From positions 16,048-80,047 of the forward strand of contig JBBUDY010000047.1 in assembly GCA_038057055.1 (NCBI GenBank): 64,000 nucleotides of DNA. The letters run 5' to 3'. Source of the stretch: Patescibacteria group bacterium. GTDB lineage: Bacteria > Patescibacteriota > Minisyncoccia > Phycocordibacterales > Phycocordibacteraceae. A program made the translations under genes and the position numbers. The notes under the pieces are model-generated. The model was not told where the DNA came from, ran no database searches, and was given only the letters and a program-made list of their open reading frames with translations. Positions 27,998 to 37,777 of the stretch are shown here, one piece after another (the first letter of the stretch is position 1; the number at the start of each line of letters is the position of its first letter).

Positions 27998-28951
27998 GTG
28001 TTGAATATCGGCATCATTGGTTCTGGTTTTGGGACGACAGGCTTATTACCGGCTTTTACGTCTGTAAAAGGATGCAGGGTCGTTGGTGTTTGTACGAAAA
28101 GGACAGATTGGCGAGCCTTTCTCAAGAGAGAAGACATTGATGCTATTGCGATAGCCGTCCCTCCCCGTGCCCAATATGAGATTACGAAAGTAGCCATAGC
28201 AAAAGGGTTGCATGTGTTTGCCGAGAAGCCACTCGCCGCTACGGTTGTGCAGGCACGAGCATTACTCGCGCTCGCGCGAAAGAAAAAGATTGTGCACGGC
28301 ATTGATTTTATGTTTCCCGAAATAGCAGAATGGAAGAAGGTAAAGCGACTGCTTGATTCAAAAAAGTTCGGGAAACTGAAGCATGTCTCGGTGGAGTGGA
28401 GGTGGCTGAGTGGCGATATACGTTTTAAGAAATGGTCTTGGAGAACTAAAATTAAAGAAGGGGGTGGGGCATTATCCTTTTATTTCTCTCATGGTTTGCA
28501 TTATCTTGAGCATTTTGCGGGTGAAATCGTTGAAGCAAAAACTTTGTTTGAATATACGCCTCAAAATCCTAATGATGGTGAGTCCGGCTTTGATATGTCT
28601 CTGAAGTTTAAAAAGGGGATTACCGGAGACGTTCACCTCTCATCCAATTCTCGCGGGTCAGCGAAGCATAAGCTTGTTTTTACCTGCGAGCGTGGAAGGA
28701 TTGTACTCGAAAACAAAAATGCAGTGGTCGATAACTTCACGGTAAAAACATATGGTGAGACGGGGAAGAAGCGTGTAAAAGTACTGAAAGATGTACAGCT
28801 AAAAAATGAGGATGAGCGGGTAAAGATTGTAAGGATATTGGCGAAAAGATTCGTACATGCCTGTGCGCGCCACGTGCAGATGTCGCCCTCCTTCGTCGAA
28901 GGCCTGCGCGTGCAGGAGTTGATAGAGAAGGTTCGCGCACGCAAAATGTAA
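27998..28951 (+). CDS. Gfo/Idh/MocA-family NAD(P)-dependent oxidoreductase
   Basis: GTG start (VLNIGIIGSGFG…) directly after the upstream stop. 'AEKPLA' motif. Confidence 0.65.
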   Translation: MLNIGIIGSGFGTTGLLPAFTSVKGCRVVGVCTKRTDWRAFLKREDIDAIAIAVPPRAQYEITKVAIAKGLHVFAEKPLAATVVQARALLALARKKKIVHGIDFMFPEIAEWKKVKRLLDSKKFGKLKHVSVEWRWLSGDIRFKKWSWRTKIKEGGGALSFYFSHGLHYLEHFAGEIVEAKTLFEYTPQNPNDGESGFDMSLKFKKGITGDVHLSSNSRGSAKHKLVFTCERGRIVLENKNAVVDNFTVKTYGETGKKRVKVLKDVQLKNEDERVKIVRILAKRFVHACARHVQMSPSFVEGLRVQELIEKVRARKM

Positions 28952-28991
28952 CTTTTGTGACTTATCAGATGTACTATATTCACATAGTCTT

Positions 28992-29750
28992 ATGAAAGCA
29001 GTCATTTTAGCCGGCGGGTCGGGTACGAGGCTGCACCCGCTTACGCTCTCAACCAACAAACACTTGTTACCTGTCTTTGATAAACCGGTCATCTACTATG
29101 CAATTCAGAAATTGGTTGACGCCGGAGTAGAAAGAATCATGATCGTCACGTCGCCCCACCACATTGACGCGTTTGTAAAGCTGCTCGGCTCCGGTCAGCA
29201 CTTCCTGTCGAAGAGGAAAGAAGGGAAACAGATACAGATTGTGTACAGCATCCAGAACGAGCCGAGCGGTATCGCCCACGGGCTGTACTTCGCTGAAGAT
29301 TATGTGGGTAGTGAAAATTGTGTTTTGTTTCTCGGAGACAATATCATTACGGACGATATCGCTCCCGCCATTAAAAAGTTTAAGAAAGGTGCGGCCGTTT
29401 TCCTGAAGAGAGTGCCGGACCCAAAGCGTTTTGGTGTAGCGACTATAAACAAAAAGGGTATCGTGACAGCCATTGAAGAAAAACCACTGAATCCCAAGAG
29501 TAATTTTGCAGTTACCGGACTATATATATATGACAACAGCGTGTTTAAGAAGATACGCAATGTTCCAAAAGGCGAGCGGGGAGAATATGAGATAACACAT
29601 GTCAACAATCAGTACATCGCAGAAAATGCTCTGCACGCGCATGTCCTGCAGAAAGAGTGGTTTGATATTGGTACGATAGAAAGCCTCCATGAGGCATCGG
29701 TATTTATGCGAAAACAGTCAAAAAACGCGAAAAATAAATTGAAGAAATGA
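28992..29750 (+). CDS. sugar-1-phosphate nucleotidyltransferase, RmlA-like short form
   Basis: 'AVILAGGSGTRLHPLT', 'KPVIYY', 'EKP' motifs. 252 aa. Confidence 0.7.
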   Translation: MKAVILAGGSGTRLHPLTLSTNKHLLPVFDKPVIYYAIQKLVDAGVERIMIVTSPHHIDAFVKLLGSGQHFLSKRKEGKQIQIVYSIQNEPSGIAHGLYFAEDYVGSENCVLFLGDNIITDDIAPAIKKFKKGAAVFLKRVPDPKRFGVATINKKGIVTAIEEKPLNPKSNFAVTGLYIYDNSVFKKIRNVPKGERGEYEITHVNNQYIAENALHAHVLQKEWFDIGTIESLHEASVFMRKQSKNAKNKLKK

Positions 29751-30628
29751 AAGAGAACCTCGACCTTTCCATAGTCGTGTTGAATTACAACACCTCCGAT
29801 CTTCTGAACGACGCGCTTGAGTCTATCGTGTTGACTGTAGGTGATCTTACGGTTGACGTAACAGTCATCGATAATGCCTCCACTGACGGTGGATTCTCGC
29901 GCGTGGATGCGGTATATAAGAATGATGCGCGTTTTCGGTTCATAGAGAATAAAGAAAATATAGGATGGGCAATGGTGAATATGATGCTCGAGACACGAGG
30001 AAAATATGTCCTGACACTTGACCCGGACGCGATGCTCCACAAAGGGGCTATGCAGGCCTTAATGGCGTTTATGGATGCCACGCCGGACGCCGGTGGTGCA
30101 ACGGCGAAGCTTCTGAATAAGGACGGTTCTCTGCAATTCTACTATCGCCGCATCATGACGCCGCTCTACTTTTTCTTTACCACGATTATCGGAAGAGTGA
30201 TTGATAAATATATGCTCGGACTCCGCTACTTTAAACGTTATCGGTATGACAGTATCGACATGACCCGCGTGACAGAAATAGAGCAGCCCGCGATACCGTG
30301 CTTTATATGGCGAAGAGCGGCGGTTGGCGCGTACATCATTGACCCAGAACTCGGCTTCCAGTTCACCGATGTCGATATGTGCAAACGGCTCTACGATAAT
30401 GGATACAAGGTGTACCTCGTCCCAGAAGCCGTTGTGACCCACCTGAAATCAACGTCGTACAGCAGAAGGGGGGATGCATGGCGACGACGTATGTATAACC
30501 ACGCCATCAAAATCTATTTCAGGAAACATTACTCGAATTTTTATCCGTTATTCCTGATTCTTTTTTCGTTTGATAGGACTCTCCGCGCGCTTTTCCGGTA
30601 TAGTATAGGACGCGAACCGGCCCAGTAA
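29747..30628 (+). CDS. GT2 glycosyltransferase
   Basis: 'LSIVVLNYNTSD', 'VIDNASTDG', 'LDPDAML' (DxD). Confidence 0.7.
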   Translation: MKENLDLSIVVLNYNTSDLLNDALESIVLTVGDLTVDVTVIDNASTDGGFSRVDAVYKNDARFRFIENKENIGWAMVNMMLETRGKYVLTLDPDAMLHKGAMQALMAFMDATPDAGGATAKLLNKDGSLQFYYRRIMTPLYFFFTTIIGRVIDKYMLGLRYFKRYRYDSIDMTRVTEIEQPAIPCFIWRRAAVGAYIIDPELGFQFTDVDMCKRLYDNGYKVYLVPEAVVTHLKSTSYSRRGDAWRRRMYNHAIKIYFRKHYSNFYPLFLILFSFDRTLRALFRYSIGREPAQ

Positions 30629-30660
30629 CTATAGTTATTCTGGTATCGTTGTAACACAAT

Positions 30661-32553
30661 ATGTCTCCGCAGAATGAGCGAACTATCGTTTTCCTTTCGG
30701 AATTGAGACAGATAGAGGAATTTGAGAAATTTCTTTCAACCCATGCCGATTTGCGAAAAGAGGGATACTGTGTGATACCACTGGATGCGGAAATAGAACA
30801 CGCTCTGGCAGAAAAAAGGATACCATTTCGATCGGGAAGAAATTACCGTACCCATGATGCCGAGCCGATGATACAGGGAGAGGCGTGGCTTTTGTCCCTA
30901 TTCGATAGCGAGCAATGGTCGTTCTTTCGTTATCGCAGTGTGTCGCTCTCCCGTCTCTACTTCTTCCCCTTTCAGGCATACCTCGCTCCGCTTCTTTATT
31001 ATGCTGATATTGTGGCAAACGTTCTCACACGGCATCCAGGTATTCAGCGCTGTATCGCTTTCCCTCCGACTGTCGGGGTGCCGCCGATGGGATTCTCACT
31101 GGAAGTCCACAAAATCAGAACGGTTCCCGATGTCGTTGCGTGCCTCGCACAGGAACGCGGCAAAGAGGTGCTCATTCCGGAAAGCATCGTGCCGGCACAG
31201 ACGCGGACATCCAACCTCTCTTTTTTCATTAAAAGAATGTTGTTCGGTTGGGGTATCGGTATTCTGAACGCCTTTGTCTCATTGCTCCGTCGTCCACGGC
31301 GCCTCCGTGTACTCGCAAGCGACTATTGGGGTTATCTCGAGCCATATGTAAAGAATTTGGGTTCGGCCGAAATCTTTCTGCTGGATCGCATGCAAGCATT
31401 CAAAGCGGGGTTCTCAAATATCTGGAGATTTCGTATGCGTTTTGTGCATCTGGATGCTTATGCCGGAGGAAGTTCCTCTGAAAGAGAACAGGCACAGGAA
31501 CGCATCCCGAAAGAATGGGAGACCATCAAAAAGGATCCGAACTTCCCGAAATTCCTATTTCGCGGTTTCTCCATTCAACCACTGGTAATACAGGCACTCG
31601 ATACGATTATTGCAGATGTTATTTCACATGTTTTGAAAGACATTGATGATTCATACGCATTGCTTGCGCGCGTGAAGCCGGACGTCGTTGAGCTACGCTC
31701 GACCATGAGCGGGCAGACGCATTTCGTCATCCTGGCACAGGTTGCTCGTGCGCTCGGAATACCCTCTCTCGAAATGCAGCATGGAATAGAATATTACGGC
31801 CCCGGTTCGATGGATCGGCGGCACAGCGCAGAGCATATGGGCGTATATGGACCGCTCACGCAGAGGGAATTGCATACTGCAGAAGACAGTATTACCACGC
31901 ACGTTATCGGCTCTCCACGTTTCGATATCTACGCCTCCATTTCTGAAACAGATCGAACTACACAAACCACTTTGCACACAGGGATAACTGTGCTGTGCAT
32001 CGCACCGCCGATTACACCCTCCGTAATTGATACTTTCGATATTGAAGAATATTTTTCTTCGATAGCTCAAGCTGTGCGAAAGATACAAAACGTTTCGGTC
32101 ATCATAAAATTCAGGCCCGGACCCTACCGCCAGTCTTTCTATGAGACGGCCGTCGCGCATACATTTGAAGGTGTACCGCATCGCATTGCCCAATATGAAT
32201 CCCTTGCCGAGCTTTGCCCACAAGCGGATATTGCTGTGTCGAATTATTCGACCGCCACGCTTGAGGTGCTCCAGTGTGGTACCCCTCTTATCTATTTCGG
32301 TGTTTCTCCGGGATTTGACCTCATGGCCGACTTATATTTTGCGCCTCACAAGCAAGAAGGCGCATTGATGATTGTAAAAACGAAAGAAGAACTCGCATGT
32401 GCTCTAGGGACTCTTGCGAAAGATCCGCAGGCTCGTGAGCAATTATCCCAGGCGGCCGCCTCTTTTCTCAAAAAAGAATACGCGTTTGACGGCAAAGCCA
32501 GCAAGCGTGCCGCGGCGCTCATTATCTCCCTCGCATCTTTACCGTCGCGATAA
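30661..32553 (+). CDS. large hypothetical protein (630 aa), possibly GT-B / TagF-like glycerophospho- or glycosyl-transferase fold
   Basis: C-terminal 'ADIAVSNYSTATLEVLQCGTPLIYFG' resembles the TagF/Glyphos_transf C-terminal motif. Otherwise no confident family. Confidence 0.3.
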   Translation: MSPQNERTIVFLSELRQIEEFEKFLSTHADLRKEGYCVIPLDAEIEHALAEKRIPFRSGRNYRTHDAEPMIQGEAWLLSLFDSEQWSFFRYRSVSLSRLYFFPFQAYLAPLLYYADIVANVLTRHPGIQRCIAFPPTVGVPPMGFSLEVHKIRTVPDVVACLAQERGKEVLIPESIVPAQTRTSNLSFFIKRMLFGWGIGILNAFVSLLRRPRRLRVLASDYWGYLEPYVKNLGSAEIFLLDRMQAFKAGFSNIWRFRMRFVHLDAYAGGSSSEREQAQERIPKEWETIKKDPNFPKFLFRGFSIQPLVIQALDTIIADVISHVLKDIDDSYALLARVKPDVVELRSTMSGQTHFVILAQVARALGIPSLEMQHGIEYYGPGSMDRRHSAEHMGVYGPLTQRELHTAEDSITTHVIGSPRFDIYASISETDRTTQTTLHTGITVLCIAPPITPSVIDTFDIEEYFSSIAQAVRKIQNVSVIIKFRPGPYRQSFYETAVAHTFEGVPHRIAQYESLAELCPQADIAVSNYSTATLEVLQCGTPLIYFGVSPGFDLMADLYFAPHKQEGALMIVKTKEELACALGTLAKDPQAREQLSQAAASFLKKEYAFDGKASKRAAALIISLASLPSR

Positions 32554-32569
32554 AGGTTATTATAGGCCT

Positions 32570-33316
32570 ATGCGCGTTATTGCTCGGCTGGATATCAAAG
32601 GGCCAAATGTAGTCAAGACGGTTCGCACTGAAGGACTGCGCGTCGTGGGTAATCCGGAAGTGCTCGCAAAGAAATATTACGATGGAGGCGTAGACGAATT
32701 GATCTATATGGATATCGTTGCGAGTTTGTACCAGCGTAACCTCGATTTTGAACAACTCAAGTTGGTCTCGGAGAATATCTTTGTGCCGCTCACTGTGGGT
32801 GGCGGTATTCGTTCACTCGGTGATATCGAAGCTGCGCTTCGCGCTGGAGCGGACAAGGTTGCGGTCAATACGTTCGCCGTGCATCATCCAGAATTCCTGA
32901 AAGAGGCAGTAGAACGATTCGGCGCGCAGTGCATCGTACTTTCCGTCGAAGCGAAGAGGATTGGTGAAGGGAAGTGGGAGGCATATACCGACGGCGGCCG
33001 CGAGAAGACGAATGTCTATGTACTCGAATGGGTCGCACACGCTATAAAACTTGGCGTCGGAGAGATTCTTGTCACGTCGGTTGATACAGATGGCACGAAG
33101 AACGGCTACGATCTCGAACTTATCCGTGCGGTTTCGGATATTTCACCAGTGCCTGTTATTGCACACGGTGGCGCAGGCAATGCAGAAGACATACTCGCGA
33201 CCGTGCACGCGGGCGCCGATGCGGTGTCGGCTTCTTCTATCTACCACTACAACCTTATTTCAGTACCGCAGGTAAAAGAATTTTTACGCGCGCAAGGCGT
33301 CACTATACGTATATGA
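32570..33316 (+). CDS. imidazole glycerol phosphate synthase cyclase subunit HisF-like (WbuZ/HisF2-type, glycan-associated)
   Basis: 'VIARLDIKG', 'VGGGIRS', 'GADKVAVNT', 'DTDGTKNGYD', 'VIAHGGAGN'. No other his genes nearby. Confidence 0.75.
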   Translation: MRVIARLDIKGPNVVKTVRTEGLRVVGNPEVLAKKYYDGGVDELIYMDIVASLYQRNLDFEQLKLVSENIFVPLTVGGGIRSLGDIEAALRAGADKVAVNTFAVHHPEFLKEAVERFGAQCIVLSVEAKRIGEGKWEAYTDGGREKTNVYVLEWVAHAIKLGVGEILVTSVDTDGTKNGYDLELIRAVSDISPVPVIAHGGAGNAEDILATVHAGADAVSASSIYHYNLISVPQVKEFLRAQGVTIRI

Positions 33317-33948
33317 AAAAGGATCCAACCATCGTTATCATTGATTCTGGCGTCGGGAATTTATGGAGCGCCCTAAAGGCGGTGCGCCGTTTTGCACCTT
33401 CTGCGTTCATTACCGAAGAGAAAGAGAAGGTCGAAACAGCAGATGCGATTATTCTTCCCGGCGTTGGAACCTTTAAGGCAGGAATGGAAGGCCTCGCCGT
33501 ACGCGGCCTTGTTGAGCCCATACGTGTTGCAGGGAAGCGCGGCATGCCGATACTGGGAATATGCCTCGGCGCGCAGCTCCTGCTCGAGCGTGGTTATGAG
33601 TTCGGAGAGTATGAAGGCCTTGGACTCATTAAAGGGGAAGTGCGCCGGTTCCCCGAACTGCCAAAGGGCATCAAGGTGCCCGCCATAGGATGGCAGGAGG
33701 TCATGCCGGCGGTTGCGCCAAATGCAAAAAAACTCTTTGAAGATATTACGAATCCGTTCTTCTATTTCGTGCATTCCTATGTGCTTGCGCCTTCCTCGAC
33801 AGAGTCATCGCTTGCGAGTACGACCTATGGCGATTATGCTTACTGTGCGGTGGTCGGACAGGGGAATATCTATGGGACACAGTTTCATCCCGAGAAAAGC
33901 GGCGAGGCAGGCCTGCAACTCATACAAAATTTCATCAATTCAATTTAG
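33313..33948 (+). CDS. glutamine amidotransferase HisH-like (WbuY/HisH2-type)
   Basis: 'IVIIDSGVGNLWS', 'ILPGVGTF', 'GICLGAQLL', 'FVHSY', 'GTQFHPEKSG'. Confidence 0.75.
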   Translation: MKKDPTIVIIDSGVGNLWSALKAVRRFAPSAFITEEKEKVETADAIILPGVGTFKAGMEGLAVRGLVEPIRVAGKRGMPILGICLGAQLLLERGYEFGEYEGLGLIKGEVRRFPELPKGIKVPAIGWQEVMPAVAPNAKKLFEDITNPFFYFVHSYVLAPSSTESSLASTTYGDYAYCAVVGQGNIYGTQFHPEKSGEAGLQLIQNFINSI

Positions 33949-33955
33949 ATATTTT

Positions 33956-35209
33956 ATGACAACAGCTGGTATGTATGGGCTCCCCATTGACGTGAAGTTT
34001 TGCAAGAAATGCGTCATTTCAAATCAACGGCCGAGCTCCACGGTGGAGTTCAAGAATAAAGCAGATTCCAAAAAAGAGACCATTCATTTTGATGAGAATG
34101 GTGTCTGTGATGCCTGCGCATTTGCCGAAAAGAAAAACGCTACTATTGATTGGGAAAAACGAGAACAGAAACTGAAAGCCCTCTGCGAGGAACACCGTTC
34201 AAAAGATGGCAGCTACGATTGTCTTGTGCCGGGAAGCGGGGGTAAAGACAGTGTCATGGCGGCGCATCTTTTGAAATATAAGTACGGTATGCATCCCCTG
34301 ACCGTAACGTGGGCACCGCATATGTACACACCATGGGGATGGAAAAATTTTCAGTCGTGGATTCATTCCGGCTTCGATAACTATTTGTGTACACCAAACG
34401 GTAAAGTTCACCGCCTACTCACTCGGTTGGCCGTTGAGAATCTTTTTCATCCGTTTCAAGCTTTTATGATCGGACAGAAAGCACTTGCGCCGAAAATGGC
34501 GATTCTTTTCAATATCCCGCTTGTCTTCTATGGCGAGAATGAGGCCGAATATGGCAATGCGGTCGCGGATAACACGAGCGCCATGCGGGATTGGAAATAT
34601 TTTACCGCCACCGATGATGCTGACATCTATCTCGGCGGAACATCACTCAAGGACCTGAAAGAGAAGTATGGTGTTGATCGTGGAGAGCTTGCGCCCTATT
34701 TGCCGGCGGACCCCAAAGCAATACAGAAACTAGGTATGGAGGTGCATTATCTCGGCTACTATCTCAAGTGGCGACCCCAGGCAGCCTACTACTACGCCGC
34801 CGAGCATGCGGGTTTTGAGGCGTCTCCGGAACGCACGCCCGGCACATACAGCAAATACAACTCCATAGATGACAAGATAGATGACTTCCACTACTACACG
34901 ACCTTCATTAAATTTGGCATCGGTCGTGCCACCTACGACGCCGCGCAAGAAATTCGCAATGGAGAAATCACACGCGAAGAGGGTGTCGCGCTCGTGAAGC
35001 GTTTTGACGGAGAATGGCCGGAACGCTTTGCGGACGAGATATTCAACTACCTTTCCATTTCTGAAAAAGAATTTCCTGAAGCATACAAAGCGTTCAAGCA
35101 TCCGGGAATGACGCGTGAATATTTCATGCAACTTGCCGAGAAGTTCCGCCCACCGCACCTCTGGAAGAAAGAGGGAAGCGAGTGGAAATTACTCCATCAG
35201 GTTTCCTAG
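33956..35209 (+). CDS. N-acetyl-sugar amidotransferase (WbpG/PtmG family, PP-loop ATP pyrophosphatase)
   Basis: 'CKKCVISNQRP' zinc ribbon, 'VPGSGGKDS' PP-loop. Co-located with the HisH/HisF homologues. Confidence 0.7.
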   Translation: MTTAGMYGLPIDVKFCKKCVISNQRPSSTVEFKNKADSKKETIHFDENGVCDACAFAEKKNATIDWEKREQKLKALCEEHRSKDGSYDCLVPGSGGKDSVMAAHLLKYKYGMHPLTVTWAPHMYTPWGWKNFQSWIHSGFDNYLCTPNGKVHRLLTRLAVENLFHPFQAFMIGQKALAPKMAILFNIPLVFYGENEAEYGNAVADNTSAMRDWKYFTATDDADIYLGGTSLKDLKEKYGVDRGELAPYLPADPKAIQKLGMEVHYLGYYLKWRPQAAYYYAAEHAGFEASPERTPGTYSKYNSIDDKIDDFHYYTTFIKFGIGRATYDAAQEIRNGEITREEGVALVKRFDGEWPERFADEIFNYLSISEKEFPEAYKAFKHPGMTREYFMQLAEKFRPPHLWKKEGSEWKLLHQVS

Positions 35210-35210
35210 T

Positions 35211-35906
35211 ATGTATAAAGATAAAAAAATACTCTGTATCATCCCGGCACGCGGCGGCTCTAGGCGCTTGCCGGGGAAGAATATAAAACTACTGAACGGC
35301 GTTCCGCTCATCGGCTACGCCATTCGCGCGGCAAAAGGATCGCAGTACGTCGATACGGTTATTGTCTCAACTGATGACGAAGAAATCGCTCGTGTCGCTC
35401 GCGAGCAAGGAGCCGACATGCCGTTTATGCGCCCAACCGAACTCGCGAGTGATACTGCGACGACGCTTCCGGTGTTGGAGCACGCGGTTGGTTTTCTTGA
35501 AGAAAAAGGACTACACTTCGACCTCATCTTGCTCATCCAACCGACTGTTCCCGGCGTTGAATCCCACGATGTTGACGCGGCGATAGAGAAGCTCGTCGTC
35601 ACTGGCGCTAATTCATGTGTCTCGGTATGTGAGATTGTTGAACGACCAGAATGGATGTATCGCATGGGCGAAGGAGCACGCGTAACCCCTTACGTAGAGA
35701 CCACGGTGACACACAGCCAGGATATGGAAAAGTTATATCGTGTGAATGGGGCAGTATACGTGATGACCCATGACACAGTGATGAAAAGACATCTCATTCG
35801 GGACAATGAGAGCTGTGTAGCGGTCATGATGCCGATGGAACGTTCCACCGATATTGATACCCCGATGGATTTTATAATCGCTGAAACCCTTTTGACAAAA
35901 CCATAG
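35211..35906 (+). CDS. acylneuraminate/nonulosonate cytidylyltransferase (NeuA/LegF/PseF family)
   Basis: 'ILCIIPARGGSRRLPGKN' is the CMP-sugar synthetase signature. Confidence 0.75.
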   Translation: MYKDKKILCIIPARGGSRRLPGKNIKLLNGVPLIGYAIRAAKGSQYVDTVIVSTDDEEIARVAREQGADMPFMRPTELASDTATTLPVLEHAVGFLEEKGLHFDLILLIQPTVPGVESHDVDAAIEKLVVTGANSCVSVCEIVERPEWMYRMGEGARVTPYVETTVTHSQDMEKLYRVNGAVYVMTHDTVMKRHLIRDNESCVAVMMPMERSTDIDTPMDFIIAETLLTKP

Positions 35907-35921
35907 TTTAATAGGGTACTC

Positions 35922-36716
35922 ATGAAAACATCACAGACAACCATCTTTGACCTTACGGGGAAGGTCTGCGTCATTATTGGCGGAGCCGGTCTCATCGGCA
36001 CAGATTTTTCACGCCGTTGCGCCACTCATGGCGCAACAGTGGTTATCGTCGAGCGCAACGAGAAAAAAGGGCAGGCGCTCGCGAAGCGCATTTGTGAGAA
36101 TGGCGGCACGGCGGTGTTTGAACAGTGCGATACGACTGATGAAGTCTCGGTCGTACGTCTCGTCGAACGAGTTTGGAAGCGCTTTAAGCGCGTAGACGGT
36201 CTCGTAAACGCCGCGCATTTCAGTACGGGGCGTCCGGGAGAATCGATGTTGGAAGTACCGTACAGCGACTTTCTGGAATATCTTGGCATGCATGTGGGGG
36301 GACCGTTTCTTGCCGCTCGGGAGTTTGCGAAAAAAATGATTAAACAAAAAAGCGGTTCCATTGTGTTTATGGGTTCCATCTACGGCGGCACCGCCCCGCG
36401 TTTTGAAATATATGAGGGAACGTCGCAGACCGTTCGGGCAGAATATGCTGCTGCTAAAGCTGCGCTTGTTCATCTCGCTCGTTTTTTGGCGAAATATCTC
36501 GGACCACACGGAATTCGGGTAAACGTACTGTCTCCAGGGGCTGTGCAAAATAAACAAACCCATTCTGTTGTTAAGGCATACAACAAACAGGTTGTGTTGG
36601 GGAAGCGCATGGCGCATCCTGATGACATATCTCCCGCACTCATCTTTCTTTTCTCAGAGGCCTCAAAGTATGTAACGGGGCAGAATCTTATCATCGACGG
36701 CGGATGGACGCTATGA
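35922..36716 (+). CDS. SDR-family oxidoreductase
   Basis: 'VIIGGAGLIGTD', 'YAAAKAA' (YxxxK), 'NVLSPG'. Confidence 0.7.
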   Translation: MKTSQTTIFDLTGKVCVIIGGAGLIGTDFSRRCATHGATVVIVERNEKKGQALAKRICENGGTAVFEQCDTTDEVSVVRLVERVWKRFKRVDGLVNAAHFSTGRPGESMLEVPYSDFLEYLGMHVGGPFLAAREFAKKMIKQKSGSIVFMGSIYGGTAPRFEIYEGTSQTVRAEYAAAKAALVHLARFLAKYLGPHGIRVNVLSPGAVQNKQTHSVVKAYNKQVVLGKRMAHPDDISPALIFLFSEASKYVTGQNLIIDGGWTL

Positions 36717-37777
36717 AAAAACAAAAGAGAATACGGATTGGAACATTTATTGTTGGTGAAGGACGACCAGTCTTTATCATTGCGGAAGCGGGCGTCAATC
36801 ATAACGGAAGTATTGCACTCGCTAAAAAGCTCGTGGATGTAGCAAAGGAAGCGGGAGCTGATGCAGTGAAATTCCAGAATTTTACCGCAGAAGAGGTTAC
36901 GACCGCTGATGCTGGTATGGCAGAGTATCAAAAGCGCAATACAGGGAAATCAGAATCGCAAATAGAGATGATACGAAAATTCGAGCTCCCCGCGTCGGCA
37001 TTCAAAGAGATTTCTGCTTACTGCAAGAAAAGGGGCATTATGTTCCTTTCCGCGCCGCACGGTGGTTTTGCAAGCGTGGATGTACTCAAGAATTTGAACG
37101 TTCCTGCGTATAAGTTCGGTTCCGCTGACCTCAACAACTTGCCGGTGCTTGCATATACGGCGCGTTTCAAAAAGCCCCTTATCATCTCGACCGGCATGGC
37201 AGACATGAGAAGTATCGCCGAAGCAGTTCAAACCATCCGCAAAGCCGGGAACGACAAGATAGTGATATTCCATTGCACGACGGATTATCCGACTCGACTC
37301 GAGGACGTTAACATGCGGGCGATGCAAACCATCCGAGACACCTTTAACGTAGTCGTCGGATACTCCGACCACACGGTTGGAGATGAAGCATCTATTATTG
37401 CCGTTGCGCTTGGCGCGAACGTTCTTGAGAAACACCTGACCCTCGATAACAGTATGACAGGTCCCGATCATAAAGCGTCGGCGAACCCGGAAGATTTTAG
37501 AAACTATGTGCAGGCGATACGCGATGCTGAAATGATGCTCGGCTCGTCTAAAAAAATGATAGTGAAGGCGGCTCGGCAGTATATGCCGCTTGTGTTGAAG
37601 AGTGTCGTTGCGCGCGGTCATATTAAGCGCGGAGAGAGATTGACGAGAGAAAACCTCGCCATTAAGCGTCCCGCAGGAGGACTGCCGCCGAAGTTCTATT
37701 TCGATATGCTTGGTAAGCGCGCGACTAAAGATTTGAGACCTGACCAGTTCATCCGTCGAGGCGACTATGCGAAGTAG
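36713..37777 (+). CDS. nonulosonic acid synthase (NeuB/LegI/PseI family) with C-terminal SAF domain
   Basis: 'VFIIAEAGVNHNGS', 'DAVKFQ', 'GYSDHT', C-terminal SAF (antifreeze-like) region. Confidence 0.8.
   Translation: MKKQKRIRIGTFIVGEGRPVFIIAEAGVNHNGSIALAKKLVDVAKEAGADAVKFQNFTAEEVTTADAGMAEYQKRNTGKSESQIEMIRKFELPASAFKEISAYCKKRGIMFLSAPHGGFASVDVLKNLNVPAYKFGSADLNNLPVLAYTARFKKPLIISTGMADMRSIAEAVQTIRKAGNDKIVIFHCTTDYPTRLEDVNMRAMQTIRDTFNVVVGYSDHTVGDEASIIAVALGANVLEKHLTLDNSMTGPDHKASANPEDFRNYVQAIRDAEMMLGSSKKMIVKAARQYMPLVLKSVVARGHIKRGERLTRENLAIKRPAGGLPPKFYFDMLGKRATKDLRPDQFIRRGDYAK

Noticed and set aside
31693-32223. 176-aa minus-strand ORF within the 630-aa hypothetical gene
   Set aside because: It is embedded antisense in a longer continuous ORF with better coding periodicity, and no motifs were found.
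32570-33948. HisF and HisH as evidence of a histidine biosynthesis operon
   Set aside because: No hisA/B/C/D/G/I are adjacent. The pair is immediately followed and translationally coupled to a WbpG-family amidotransferase within a glycan locus, which matches the known sugar-acetamidino systems instead.
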